From assembly GCA_041664365.1 (NCBI GenBank), contig JBAYKW010000004.1:11013-75012 (forward strand): a stretch of DNA of 64,000 bases. The letters are read 5' to 3'. Both the position numbers and the translations under genes were made by a program. Below, piece by piece: positions 10,578-19,947 of this stretch (positions are counted from its first letter, which is position 1; every line of letters begins with the position of its first letter). This DNA comes from Patescibacteria group bacterium. Lineage in GTDB: Bacteria; Patescibacteriota; Patescibacteriia; UM-FILTER-42-10. The notes under the pieces are model-generated. The model was given only the letters and a program-made list of their open reading frames with translations, was not told the origin of the DNA and searched no databases.

Positions 10578-11216
10578 CTACTGCAGTAAATCAATCCCCT
10601 GTTCCAAACCCTCCGTCGCTTTTTCTTTAATAATATTCATCGTTGACTCGTAACTGTTCTGCGATGATTTCTTCGTCTGGTCAATAATTGCTTTCGCATC
10701 ATCCGGGATTATATTATTCAGCTGGCTAAATGTAATTTGGTGCTTTACCCGGTTCTCTTCCAGCAAACGATAAACATTCTCCAAATCTTTTCCCTTTATC
10801 TTTGCTTTTTCTATATAGTAATTTGCTTTAGACATCTGTTCGTTAAACCGAATAGTTGTTTCGCCGATAACTTCCGTTTTTTGCTTTTGGGCCAGCACTT
10901 CTATTTCTTCCAATCTGCGGTTAGCCAATTGTATCCTATATTCCGCTTTTTTTACAACATCAATCATAAACCATCCCCGAGCAGTCTCCCACCATGTTTT
11001 CAAAAAATAAAGCGGGCTCGATGGAACCCATTTAAGATCCGGCAGATCAACATCTACACTGACAATCGTTACATTATTTCCGTTGGTATTTGTATTGGTT
11101 TCAGGTACTGTAATCACTTCCTCATTCGTGTTTTCAGACACTGGGCGCAGCATTGCCTCCGCCTGCGTAGAATAAGGGATTACCAGTAATATGATTGCCA
11201 GGATTATTGTTTTCAT
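10578..11216 (-). CDS. Hypothetical secreted protein
   Basis: Signal peptide MKTIILAIILLVIPYSTQA followed by a coiled-coil-like charged region. Confidence 0.4.
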   Translation of the reverse strand: MKTIILAIILLVIPYSTQAEAMLRPVSENTNEEVITVPETNTNTNGNNVTIVSVDVDLPDLKWVPSSPLYFLKTWWETARGWFMIDVVKKAEYRIQLANRRLEEIEVLAQKQKTEVIGETTIRFNEQMSKANYYIEKAKIKGKDLENVYRLLEENRVKHQITFSQLNNIIPDDAKAIIDQTKKSSQNSYESTMNIIKEKATEGLEQGIDLLQ

Positions 11217-11313
11217 TATTTTCTCGTTAGTCAGTAGCTTCAGTATATCAGATATATGTGAAAATAAAAAAACCGCCGTTTGATTCCGAGGAACCGCGGG
11301 CGGAACGAAAGAG

Positions 11314-13326
11314 CTACTTGATTACGACCAGTTTCCTGATCAGATAGGAGCCATTGGTTGACCTAGCCACCGCGAAGTAGACTCCACTGGGCACCTTTCT
11401 GCCGTCCGGAGCAGTACCGCACCAGGTAACCGTTGTTTGTCCTGCTGAAGGACTGGTGTTCCAGATTGTACGCCCGGCCACGTCGACGATACTGATTTCG
11501 CTCAGTGCGAGACTCGTAGCCCAAGTCATTTGCACCACGGAACTAGTGACGCTCGGCGAAAGTCTGAACCAGACACCGCTATCCAGATCGTCTTCCGGCA
11601 CCGCAACTGCGCTGCCGACGTTGAAGTAAAGGTTGCCAGTGTAAATCAGTCCTGTGTAGTCGCCGTATCCACCGGCTGTCGTGAGTTTGACTCTGATAAC
11701 ACAGGGTGCCACTCCGATGCTGTTGACCGGGATCGTCAATGCTGTGGTATTACCATTCAATGTGTAAACCGTACTGTCACGGCTCGTTTCGGTGAGATGA
11801 TACACCATTGCCTGGGTGAATTCACCAAACTCCCCGTTCGACTGGCCAAACAGACGGATTACTCCCCCGTCCAAAACGGAGTTGGTACTGCCGAAAGTGG
11901 TTTCGAGCGTTCCATTACCGTCCTGATCGACGCCGAACCGACATCCCGGACCATTGCTGATGTAGCACTGGCCGAACCCCAACGCGTTCAAGTAGTCCTC
12001 CTCGGTGAGATGCGGCATTTCCACAACGGTGAAGAGCTTGCCGAGCGCGTTGTTGTTGGCAACGATCTGCAGAGCCTGGTTGTATTCCAGAGTGTAGGAA
12101 TACGCACCGTGGTTGTCCGTCCCGGCATAAGCATTTACCCTGCGGAACGGGTTCAGGTTCTGCTGTTGGACCAGGTCAAGCCTCGCCATGTTTAAATCGT
12201 GCCGGCCGAAGATGGTCAGATCCGCAATCCAGTAAGGATACGGGTTGATGTTGTCCTGATTCACTACCAGGTCACCTGTGGTTGTCAGCTTGTTGAGCAC
12301 CTGGAAACCCAGGAAGTCTTGATCCGACAGAGCCAGATCAATGTTGGTGGAATTCCACTGAACCACCTGGTCATTCTGCGGAACGAAAGTCGGGCTGAAA
12401 GGATGAGAGGCAATACGGACTCCTCCTCGGGCTGAGACACTATCCGCGAACTGCTGATGCGTCCAAAGCTGGAAGCTCTGGTTCTCGCTGGCAATCTGCG
12501 AAGGCGTTCTCAAACACCGGTTGGTGATGTGGTGGATTTCGTTGTCCACCGCATTGTTGACCGTATTATCATCCGTCGACCCTTCACTGCCGGCGATCAC
12601 CAGCAATTCACTATCCGACATGTCCGCCGCACGTTCTGCCATGAATCCGCATTCAAAGTCAGAGAACTCATAGCCGTGATCCGTCCACCAGTAGATGTCC
12701 AGATCCACCGCCTTTGAAGCCGAGGGAATCAGACCCCAGGAACCACCCCACTCGCCGACACTATCCGTGAAGAAAGAGTGGGCGTGGGTATTCGACGAGA
12801 ACTGGTTCGAGTACAGCGGCAGCTGTTCACCCAGAATCACCTGGAAGAACTGGTTCTTCTGAACCAAATGCAAGCAGAGTTCATCCCGGAACCGTACGTA
12901 CCAGCGGAACTCCATCCGGTCACCGATTGTAAATCCGGCAAAGCGCGGATCGTTCAGGTTGATCAAGGAATGCGCTTCATAAATATCATCGGTGATTTCG
13001 AACGCGCACGACGACCAAACCGGGGTCTGGTCATAGACGAACCAAACACCCGCACTGTTACGGGCGTAAAGGATCATCTCTTCCAGCCACAGCCGGTTGA
13101 TGGCACCCTGGTCCTTGAACACGTAGACCGTGTGGATAATGTTATTGATCGCGGTGCGATCACGAACGATCCAGGGCATATCCCCCGCCTGGTCCTTACC
13201 GGATGTGTTGGGATGTTTCAGTCCCGAGTCAAAAGGAGTGTACTCCTTCACCTCCACCAGTTCGATTGCCTGCAGATTGGCACTCCAGAATAAGAATGCC
13301 ACGAGAATCAGAATAATGCGCTTCAT
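11314..13326 (-). CDS. Large secreted protein with a T9SS/FlgD-Ig-like C-terminal sorting domain; GC-rich, probably foreign
   Basis: SD AGGGGA lies before the second ATG (MKRIILILVAFLFWSANLQA signal peptide). The last about 60 aa (ISIVDVAGRTIWN..TVTWCGTAPDGRKVPSGVYFAVARS..KLVVIK) match the T9SS CTD pattern. The gene is about 55% GC in a 35-40% GC contig. Confidence 0.6.
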   Translation of the reverse strand: MKRIILILVAFLFWSANLQAIELVEVKEYTPFDSGLKHPNTSGKDQAGDMPWIVRDRTAINNIIHTVYVFKDQGAINRLWLEEMILYARNSAGVWFVYDQTPVWSSCAFEITDDIYEAHSLINLNDPRFAGFTIGDRMEFRWYVRFRDELCLHLVQKNQFFQVILGEQLPLYSNQFSSNTHAHSFFTDSVGEWGGSWGLIPSASKAVDLDIYWWTDHGYEFSDFECGFMAERAADMSDSELLVIAGSEGSTDDNTVNNAVDNEIHHITNRCLRTPSQIASENQSFQLWTHQQFADSVSARGGVRIASHPFSPTFVPQNDQVVQWNSTNIDLALSDQDFLGFQVLNKLTTTGDLVVNQDNINPYPYWIADLTIFGRHDLNMARLDLVQQQNLNPFRRVNAYAGTDNHGAYSYTLEYNQALQIVANNNALGKLFTVVEMPHLTEEDYLNALGFGQCYISNGPGCRFGVDQDGNGTLETTFGSTNSVLDGGVIRLFGQSNGEFGEFTQAMVYHLTETSRDSTVYTLNGNTTALTIPVNSIGVAPCVIRVKLTTAGGYGDYTGLIYTGNLYFNVGSAVAVPEDDLDSGVWFRLSPSVTSSVVQMTWATSLALSEISIVDVAGRTIWNTSPSAGQTTVTWCGTAPDGRKVPSGVYFAVARSTNGSYLIRKLVVIK

Positions 13327-13415
13327 TTCGCTACTTCCCCTCATTTTGGGCGTTTTGTCAATGACCGTGACTCAAATCTGAGTAACCTTAGTATGTCAAA
13401 CAGAGATTTATTGTC

Positions 13416-13444
13416 AAACAAAAAACCACCAATTTATGGTGGCC
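13416..13444 (-). terminator. Rho-independent terminator downstream of the acidic protein gene
   Basis: ccacca-attta-tggtgg hairpin followed by a T-run on the minus strand. Confidence 0.5.
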
Positions 13445-13459
13445 ATTTTGCTTTGATTT

Positions 13460-13777
13460 CTACTCTCCGACTGATAATCTTCCTTCAATACTTGCTAATA
13501 CTTTGTCTAAAGCCGTGAGAGTTTCAGCATCCAAATCATCTCTCATATCTTCAAATAGCAGTTTAAATTCACTAAATTTATCCAGATCAAAATCATTTTC
13601 TCCCGAGATCTGCTGATCACATTTATCTAAGCATTTAATTGCCCCCGCATAATCACCGTCGGATAAAGCACTAATTGCTAAGCCCAGTTCATAGTTAACA
13701 TCCGAGATTTCGAACTGTCCGTCACCGAACTGATCATCTGGCCCTGACACATCTGGCATTGTTGGATCACCCATCAT
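13460..13777 (-). CDS. Small acidic hypothetical protein
   Basis: 105 aa, Asp/Glu-rich, no motif. Confidence 0.35.
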   Translation of the reverse strand: MMGDPTMPDVSGPDDQFGDGQFEISDVNYELGLAISALSDGDYAGAIKCLDKCDQQISGENDFDLDKFSEFKLLFEDMRDDLDAETLTALDKVLASIEGRLSVGE

Positions 13778-13820
13778 GGAATTGTATAATCAATATTTAA
13801 TTCTATCGATATACTTTTTA

Positions 13821-13896
13821 TGGTGCGCCGTGAGGGATTCGGACCCCCGACCATCAGCTTAAAAGGCTGCTGCTCTACCAACTGAGCTAACGGCGC
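13821..13896 (-). tRNA. tRNA-Lys (anticodon UUU)
   Basis: Manual cloverleaf: perfect 7-bp acceptor gcgccgt/acggcgc, D arm gctc-agttggta-gagc, anticodon loop cTTTtaa, T arm ggggg-tccgaat-ccctc, encoded CCA. Confidence 0.85.
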
Positions 13897-14149
13897 GTAT
13901 TGGTAAACAAATAATACTATGTATTCAATTTGTCAGCGGATTCACCAACTGCCTGTCCGCCATAGCATCGCTGGAAGCGATGCGTAGGAGGAAGCTAACG
14001 GCGCATGAATAACTACCTGATATTAGCAAAAAGCGCTTTAAAAAGCAAGGCTTTAAGACTAGGTTAATAAAAGGTGGAAAAAATGTAGAAAAAGAGGCTT
14101 GTTTACGCAGGATTATAGTGATAAGATGATATGGCTAAATCAAACAAAT

Positions 14150-15565
14150 ATGGCTAAACAAAACGCAGAATTAACTGAAAAAATCCCCCCACAAAACCTT
14201 GAGGCGGAGAAGGCGGTTTTGGGTTCAATGCTGATTGATAAGGATGCCATTATTAAAATTGCTGACATAATTAATCCTGATGATTTTTACCAGGACAGTC
14301 ATCGTCTCATTTTTGATACCATGCTGGAGCTGTACAACCAGCGCGAGCCGATCGATATCTTAAACCTTGCCAATAGATTGAAAGAAAAGAAGCAATTGGA
14401 ATCAATCGGAGGCAGGGCAAGTTTGATGAACCTAGCAAATGCTGTGCCGACCGCCAGTAACGTGGTGAATTATGCAAATATTGTCCAGAAAAAAGCGACT
14501 TTAAGAAGACTGATACAAACCGCGTCAGATATCACTAGTATGGGCTATCAGGAGACCGAAGATGTAAGCAGTGTTCTGGATAAAGCGGAACAGTCTCTTT
14601 TCAAAGTATCTCAAAAGCATCTAAGAACAAATTTTGTCCCGATCCGCAGCGCCTTAACCGAAGCATTTGATCGAATTGACGAATTACACAGAGAAGGCGG
14701 AAAACTAAAAGGGATTCCGACCGGTTTCACCCAATTGGATAATAAACTGGCCGGACTACAGAAATCCGATCTGATAATCATTGCCGCCCGACCGAGCGTC
14801 GGAAAAACTTCCTTAGCACTTGATATTGCCAGACAAGTGGCAACAAAAGCAAAAGTCGCCGTAGGCGTATTCAGTTTGGAAATGAGCAAGGAACAGCTGG
14901 TTGACCGTATGTTGTGCGCGGAAGCCAATGTTGATTTGTGGAAAATGCGTACCGGCAATCTTTCTGACCGTGAAGAAGACGACGACTTTCCGAAGATCGG
15001 TAATGCTATGGGTGTGCTTTCTGAGGCGCCGATATTTATAGATGACTCGGCAACCGCCAATGTTATGGAAATCCGAACCAAAGCACGCCGTCTGCAGTCA
15101 GAACATAACCTCGGTCTACTAGTTATCGATTACCTCCAACTTATGGAAGGAACATCTCATTCGGAAAATAGGGTCCAGGAAATATCTGAGATTACACGTT
15201 CACTAAAAGCAATCGCCCGCGAATTAAATATACCGGTTATCGCACTGTCCCAACTTTCCCGGGCAACAGAAATGCAGACCGGCGCATCTATCCCCCGCCT
15301 GGCTCATCTCAGGGAATCCGGTTCAATAGAACAAGACGCGGATGTTGTAATGTTTATTTACAGAGAAGTGATGGATAAAAACTCCGGTGCCGACATGGAA
15401 GATGATCGAAAAAATATTGCACAAGTAATCATCGCTAAACATCGAAACGGTCCGACCGGCGTGATTGAACTGTACTTTGAGGAAGAAAAAGCAAGTTTCA
15501 GAAATTTGGACAAATCATACGACAAGACCGATGCGCCAATAGAAAAAGAAACAACACCATTTTAA
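14150..15565 (+). CDS. dnaB: Replicative DNA helicase
   Basis: N-terminus PPQNLEAEKAVLGSMLID; Walker A GKTSLAL; RecA-like motifs (IDYLQLM, SQLSR). Start chosen at MAKQ; the track ORF begins at an upstream TTG. Confidence 0.85.
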   Translation: MAKQNAELTEKIPPQNLEAEKAVLGSMLIDKDAIIKIADIINPDDFYQDSHRLIFDTMLELYNQREPIDILNLANRLKEKKQLESIGGRASLMNLANAVPTASNVVNYANIVQKKATLRRLIQTASDITSMGYQETEDVSSVLDKAEQSLFKVSQKHLRTNFVPIRSALTEAFDRIDELHREGGKLKGIPTGFTQLDNKLAGLQKSDLIIIAARPSVGKTSLALDIARQVATKAKVAVGVFSLEMSKEQLVDRMLCAEANVDLWKMRTGNLSDREEDDDFPKIGNAMGVLSEAPIFIDDSATANVMEIRTKARRLQSEHNLGLLVIDYLQLMEGTSHSENRVQEISEITRSLKAIARELNIPVIALSQLSRATEMQTGASIPRLAHLRESGSIEQDADVVMFIYREVMDKNSGADMEDDRKNIAQVIIAKHRNGPTGVIELYFEEEKASFRNLDKSYDKTDAPIEKETTPF

Positions 15566-15583
15566 TCAGTAACAAGAAAATAT

Positions 15584-15886
15584 ATGTCAATGTTTAATAA
15601 ATTAAAAGAAGTCAAAGACCTTCGTGATCAGGCTAAACAACTGCAAAACCAGCTATCCCAGGAATCAGTAATGGCATCCGCGGAAAACGGAAAAATAAAT
15701 TTGGTCATGGACGGCAATCAGACTGTTGTGTCACTTGATATCAGCCCTGATCTGCTGTCACCGGATAAAAAAGGAGATTTGGAAAAAGGACTACGTAATG
15801 CTTTTAATGATGCGATAAAAAAGATACAGAGAATAGTTGCCCAGAAAATGCAGTCAGGAAATTTCAAAATGCCCAATTTAGGATAA
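15584..15886 (+). CDS. ybaB: Nucleoid-associated protein YbaB/EbfC
   Basis: 100 aa, MSMFNKLKE..LQNQLSQE..; conserved ybaB-recR pairing. Confidence 0.8.
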   Translation: MSMFNKLKEVKDLRDQAKQLQNQLSQESVMASAENGKINLVMDGNQTVVSLDISPDLLSPDKKGDLEKGLRNAFNDAIKKIQRIVAQKMQSGNFKMPNLG

Positions 15887-15889
15887 AAC

Positions 15890-16492
15890 ATGGGAACCCT
15901 TCCACCATCAATCCAAAATCTGATCAGTGAGTTTAACAAACTGCCGGGTATCGGACCGAAAACATCGGAACGGTTTATTTTTCATCTGCTGAAAAGACCA
16001 AAGAGCGATCTAGAACAAATGGCAAATGGTCTGAGGGATTTGAAAGATAAAATTGCCGTGTGCTCCAGCTGTTATGATTATACGGAAACATCACCCTGCA
16101 ATATTTGCTCCAACCCGCAAAGAGATAAAACCACTATTTGTGTCGTTGCGGAAAGTCCCGATCTGATGGCAATTGAAAAGTCCGCTACTTACAAAGGCAT
16201 CTACCATGTTTTGGGTGGTGTGATCAATCAAATAGAAGGGATTGGGCCGGATCAGCTGAAAATATCTGAACTGCAGGAAAGAATCAAAAAGAACGGCATC
16301 AAAGAAATAATTTTAGCGACAAATCCGGATATGGAAGGTGAATCAACAGCGCTATTTCTGATTCGAGTTTTAAAACCTTTGGGAATCAAAATAACCAGAA
16401 TTGGTAAGGGTCTGCCGATGGGCAGCAATATTGAATACGCCGATGAAGTAACCCTGGCCAATGCAATGGAAGGAAGAGGCGAAGTAAAATAA
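15890..16492 (+). CDS. recR: Recombination protein RecR
   Basis: HhH LPGIGPKTSER, C4 zinc finger CSSC..CNIC, Toprim domain. Confidence 0.85.
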   Translation: MGTLPPSIQNLISEFNKLPGIGPKTSERFIFHLLKRPKSDLEQMANGLRDLKDKIAVCSSCYDYTETSPCNICSNPQRDKTTICVVAESPDLMAIEKSATYKGIYHVLGGVINQIEGIGPDQLKISELQERIKKNGIKEIILATNPDMEGESTALFLIRVLKPLGIKITRIGKGLPMGSNIEYADEVTLANAMEGRGEVK

Positions 16493-16502
16493 TATCATAA
16501 AA

Positions 16503-16530
16503 CAAAAAAGCGCCCGTGAGCGCTTTTTTT
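16503..16530. terminator. Bidirectional rho-independent terminator between convergent recR and rplU
   Basis: aaaaagcgc-ccgtga-gcgcttttttt: GC hairpin flanked by an A-run and a T-run. Confidence 0.6.
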
Positions 16531-16544
16531 AATTTCTTATTATA

Positions 16545-16862
16545 CTATGCGGTGATTTTCTGAATCTGTAATTTAGTATACCACTGACGATGACCCTTAG
16601 TTCTGTGATAACGGGTCTTGGATTTATACTTTACTACCATCACTTTCTTCGCCTGCTTCTCTTCCAGAACTTTGCATACAACTTGCGCTCCTTTTACGTT
16701 TGGGGTTCCTAATGATATTTTCTTTCCTTCGTCATCAGAAACAAGCAACACATCTTTAAGCGTCACTTCGTCACCTTCTTTTTTGCCGAGCTTTTCGACT
16801 TTAAGAATGTCTTTTTCCTTAACTTTGTACTGTTTTCCCCCGGTTTTGATTACTGCGATCAT
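16545..16862 (-). CDS. rplU: Ribosomal protein L21
   Basis: MIAVIKTGGKQYKVKEKDILKVEKL. Confidence 0.85.
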   Translation of the reverse strand: MIAVIKTGGKQYKVKEKDILKVEKLGKKEGDEVTLKDVLLVSDDEGKKISLGTPNVKGAQVVCKVLEEKQAKKVMVVKYKSKTRYHRTKGHRQWYTKLQIQKITA

Positions 16863-16916
16863 ATTTTTTTCTTTAATTAAAAATCCTCATAAGTGTAAGC
16901 TTTTCGATAGCTTCTG

Positions 16917-18023
16917 TCAAGACACCCGACGGCTCTTCTTTTTATAGAAAACTACCAAAGTTAAGCCCAAAATAACCATTGCAATAACCAGTACAATCAG
17001 TGAAATCAGCTTCCCTTTTGTTGATAAAAACAGGGATGTAGCCCCGAAAACACCGGTCACTATGTATAAAAAGATGACGGCCTGTCTGTGTGAAAGACCG
17101 ATGTCTAAAAGCCGGAAATGTAGGTGTTTTTTGTCCCCCCAAAACGGTGAATGTTTTTCTTTGAATATTCTTCTAAAAATTACCCAGGCAACATCCAATA
17201 GTGGAAGACCCATGATCAAAAGTGCGGTGGCAATTTTTGCTCCGCTGATGATTGCTAAAACACCCAATACAAACCCGATAAAAGTAGAACCACCCTCCCC
17301 CAAAAATATGCGCGCGGGATGGAAACTGTAAACCAGAAAACCGGCTAACGCCCCGGCAAAGATTATTGAAAGCAAAGCGGTCTCCGGCTGGGCAACATCG
17401 CTAGTTAGACTGAGTGCAAATATTACAACTGCACCGATTGTGCCGATCCCTGGTACCAGTCCGTCCAGTCCGTCTAAAAATTTTGTGGTATAGACCATTA
17501 CCATCAACCAAATAAATGCGATCAGATCCGCCCAAAGTGTAATTGAATAAGGAGTATCGCCGATTCTAAAAACTTCCAGTCTAATCGTATCAAGCTGTAG
17601 AGTTCCGCCGAATGGACTGGAAATATACGGAATACCGATTCCCACCGCGATCACTACCAATCCAGCCAGTACCGGCCAAATCAATTGCTGGTAGGGTTTC
17701 AGTCTGTATTTGTCGTCTAAATATCCCCCGATCATTAATAATGTTCCGGCTGTCAGAATTCCGATGATGTGTTTCTGCAACATATAACCGCCAAGTATCT
17801 GATCCGTAAAAAAAGTATAATACAGCAAAACAACCGCAAATCCGATGAATACAGCTATGCCCCCTAAAAGTGGCACGGGAGATTTTTGAATCTTTCTTTC
17901 GGGATCCGCTTCAGGATTATCTAAAATATTTTTTTTGACAGCAAAATTTCTGACGAGCGGTGTGAATAACACCACAGCCAGAAATGATAATATAAACGGA
18001 ATTATATATGAAGTATAATTCAT
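16917..18023 (-). CDS. GT4 (MraY/WecA superfamily) polyprenyl-phosphate N-acetylhexosamine-1-phosphate transferase, WecA/TagO-like
   Basis: 10-11 TM helices; DDKYRLKP, FLDGLDGL, and ..SPVPLLGGIAVF (WecA-type, not the MraY PTMGG motif). Confidence 0.6.
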   Translation of the reverse strand: MNYTSYIIPFILSFLAVVLFTPLVRNFAVKKNILDNPEADPERKIQKSPVPLLGGIAVFIGFAVVLLYYTFFTDQILGGYMLQKHIIGILTAGTLLMIGGYLDDKYRLKPYQQLIWPVLAGLVVIAVGIGIPYISSPFGGTLQLDTIRLEVFRIGDTPYSITLWADLIAFIWLMVMVYTTKFLDGLDGLVPGIGTIGAVVIFALSLTSDVAQPETALLSIIFAGALAGFLVYSFHPARIFLGEGGSTFIGFVLGVLAIISGAKIATALLIMGLPLLDVAWVIFRRIFKEKHSPFWGDKKHLHFRLLDIGLSHRQAVIFLYIVTGVFGATSLFLSTKGKLISLIVLVIAMVILGLTLVVFYKKKSRRVS

Positions 18024-18427
18024 TTTTTATTTTTTCCCATGTAACTTTCTAATATCAAAATAGCCGCCTGACGGTCAATATTACCTTTCTGTTTCCTTCT
18101 ACCCGGTATATCTTTCAATAAACGCTCTGCGAATTGACTGGTTAAACGTTCATCTTCCAAAACAACAGGTATGCTAATTTTTGTCATGAGTGCGTCTGCA
18201 AATCTTTTTATCTTATCAGATTGCGCATTTTCTACTCCGCTCATATTAACCGGAAAACCAATAACCACAGTTTCAATATTTTCTTTTTCAATCAAATCGC
18301 AAATACCTTGGAGGACTCCGGGGGAATTTTCCATCGTATCGCCCGGGAATATGTAATCCTGCTGCTCATCAGAAGTAGCAATACCTATTCTTTTATCGCC
18401 ATAATCAATTCCCAACAGTTTTCCCAT
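18020..18427 (-). CDS. ruvX: Holliday junction resolvase-like RuvX (YqgF)
   Basis: MGKLLGIDYGDKRIGIATSD RNase H-like start; the internal M is taken as the start. Confidence 0.8.
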   Translation of the reverse strand: MGKLLGIDYGDKRIGIATSDEQQDYIFPGDTMENSPGVLQGICDLIEKENIETVVIGFPVNMSGVENAQSDKIKRFADALMTKISIPVVLEDERLTSQFAERLLKDIPGRRKQKGNIDRQAAILILESYMGKNKK

Positions 18428-18429
18428 AT

Positions 18430-19200
18430 TTATTCCTCGGTTATGATCGTGCAACCTTTTCTAGTCACCTCTACTGTATGTTCAAAATGTGCGGAAAGAC
18501 TTTTATCAACAGTTGAAATCGTCCAGCGATCCTCATCCGTCTGTACTAGCTCTTCTCCGACATTCACCATCGGCTCAATAGCAATTGTCATTCCTTCTTC
18601 CAGTACAATGCCCGTTTTTGCCTTACCATAATTCGGGATTCTTGGATCCTCATGTATTTCTTTGCCCACTCCATGGCCGACCAGCTGTTTCACAACTGAA
18701 AATCCCTCACCCTCTACATACTGCTGGATAGCTGATCCGATATCACCAACTTTAGCTCCGCTTTTTACCTGCGCAATTCCTTTCCGTAATGCTTTTGCGG
18801 TGACATCCAATAATCTTTGCTTATCTTCGGAGATTTTACCCACTCCTACCGTAACAGCCGTATCAGTACACATTCCTTTATAAAACATCCCAATATCCAG
18901 TCCGATAATATCCCCTTCTTTTAGTATTGTATTCTTACTGGGAATGCCGTGCACTACTTCATTATTGATTGAGGTGCAGAGTGTTGCGGGAAACGGATTA
19001 TCTTCATCCCCTTCTACTGCATAATTCAAAAAGGCCGGTTCACCGCCGGCATCACGGATAAGCTTTTCCGCCAGACTGTCCAGTTCTAAAGTTGAAATTC
19101 CGGGTTTTGTGGCAGTGGCAACTTTATTTAATATACCAGCCAGTATCTTACCGCATTCTTTCATTATTACTATTTCTTCCGGGGTTTTGATAATAATCAT
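18430..19200 (-). CDS. map: Methionine aminopeptidase type I
   Basis: Pita-bread fold metal ligands: D..D (GDIIGLDIG), H, E, E. Confidence 0.85.
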   Translation of the reverse strand: MIIIKTPEEIVIMKECGKILAGILNKVATATKPGISTLELDSLAEKLIRDAGGEPAFLNYAVEGDEDNPFPATLCTSINNEVVHGIPSKNTILKEGDIIGLDIGMFYKGMCTDTAVTVGVGKISEDKQRLLDVTAKALRKGIAQVKSGAKVGDIGSAIQQYVEGEGFSVVKQLVGHGVGKEIHEDPRIPNYGKAKTGIVLEEGMTIAIEPMVNVGEELVQTDEDRWTISTVDKSLSAHFEHTVEVTRKGCTIITEE

Positions 19201-19865
19201 TGTTTTGTAAATTCGCTGTTATTTAATTTAGATACTATTTCATCTGCTACATCCTTAATTCGTTGTTCACCGTTAATCCTGATCAGCACTCCTTGATTCA
19301 GATACATATTCAGCACCGGCTCCGTATCATGATGATATATTGCTAGCCTTTCTTTTATTACCCGCTCAGTATCATCTTCACGGTGAATCAGCTGTTTTCC
19401 GCATTTATCACAGATTCCTTCTTTTTTTGGCGGATTGTATTCTACATGATAGGTCATTCCGCATGCGCAAATCCAGCGCCCGCTTATTCTTCTGACCGCT
19501 TCCGCATCAGATATAGTAATTTCCAACGCAACATCAATACTAACAATCTCATTTAGAAATTCTGCCTGCACGATATTACGGGGATAACCGTCAAAAACAA
19601 ATCCAGATCGAGCATCAAGCTCCATCAGGCGTTCTGCCACCAGTTTATTGGTAATATCATCCGGCACCAGCTTTCCTTCCTTAATAAATTGCTCTACTAT
19701 TTTACCCAAGTCTGTTCTTCTCTGAATATGCTGGCGATAAATATTGCCGGTGGAAATCCATGGTAAGCGAAGACCCTCGGCGATTATTTCAGCCTGCGTG
19801 CCTTTGCCTGAACCCTGAGGTCCAAATACGACGATTCTTTTTATTGTATTATTCGACAGTATCAT
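19197..19865 (-). CDS. adk: Adenylate kinase with a Cys4 LID zinc knuckle
   Basis: P-loop GPQGSGKGTQ; CACG..CDKCG; start taken at the internal M (MILSNNTIKRIVVFGPQG). Confidence 0.85.
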   Translation of the reverse strand: MILSNNTIKRIVVFGPQGSGKGTQAEIIAEGLRLPWISTGNIYRQHIQRRTDLGKIVEQFIKEGKLVPDDITNKLVAERLMELDARSGFVFDGYPRNIVQAEFLNEIVSIDVALEITISDAEAVRRISGRWICACGMTYHVEYNPPKKEGICDKCGKQLIHREDDTERVIKERLAIYHHDTEPVLNMYLNQGVLIRINGEQRIKDVADEIVSKLNNSEFTKQ

Positions 19866-19947
19866 GTACTTATTATAGATTCTCTGCACAAAAAAGAAAA
19901 CCCGAGGCTATTCCTCGGTACTTTTCTTGTATCAATGCGAATCTTTA

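Noticed and set aside
11530-13293. Several 70-220-aa plus-strand ORFs inside the 11314-13326 gene
   Set aside because: They are antisense open frames produced by the high GC content of that gene. None has a start context or a motif
14005-14064. 19-codon mini-ORF after a GGAGG in the dnaB leader
   Set aside because: The SD-ATG spacing is about 13-14 nt and the peptide is featureless. Cannot support it as a gene
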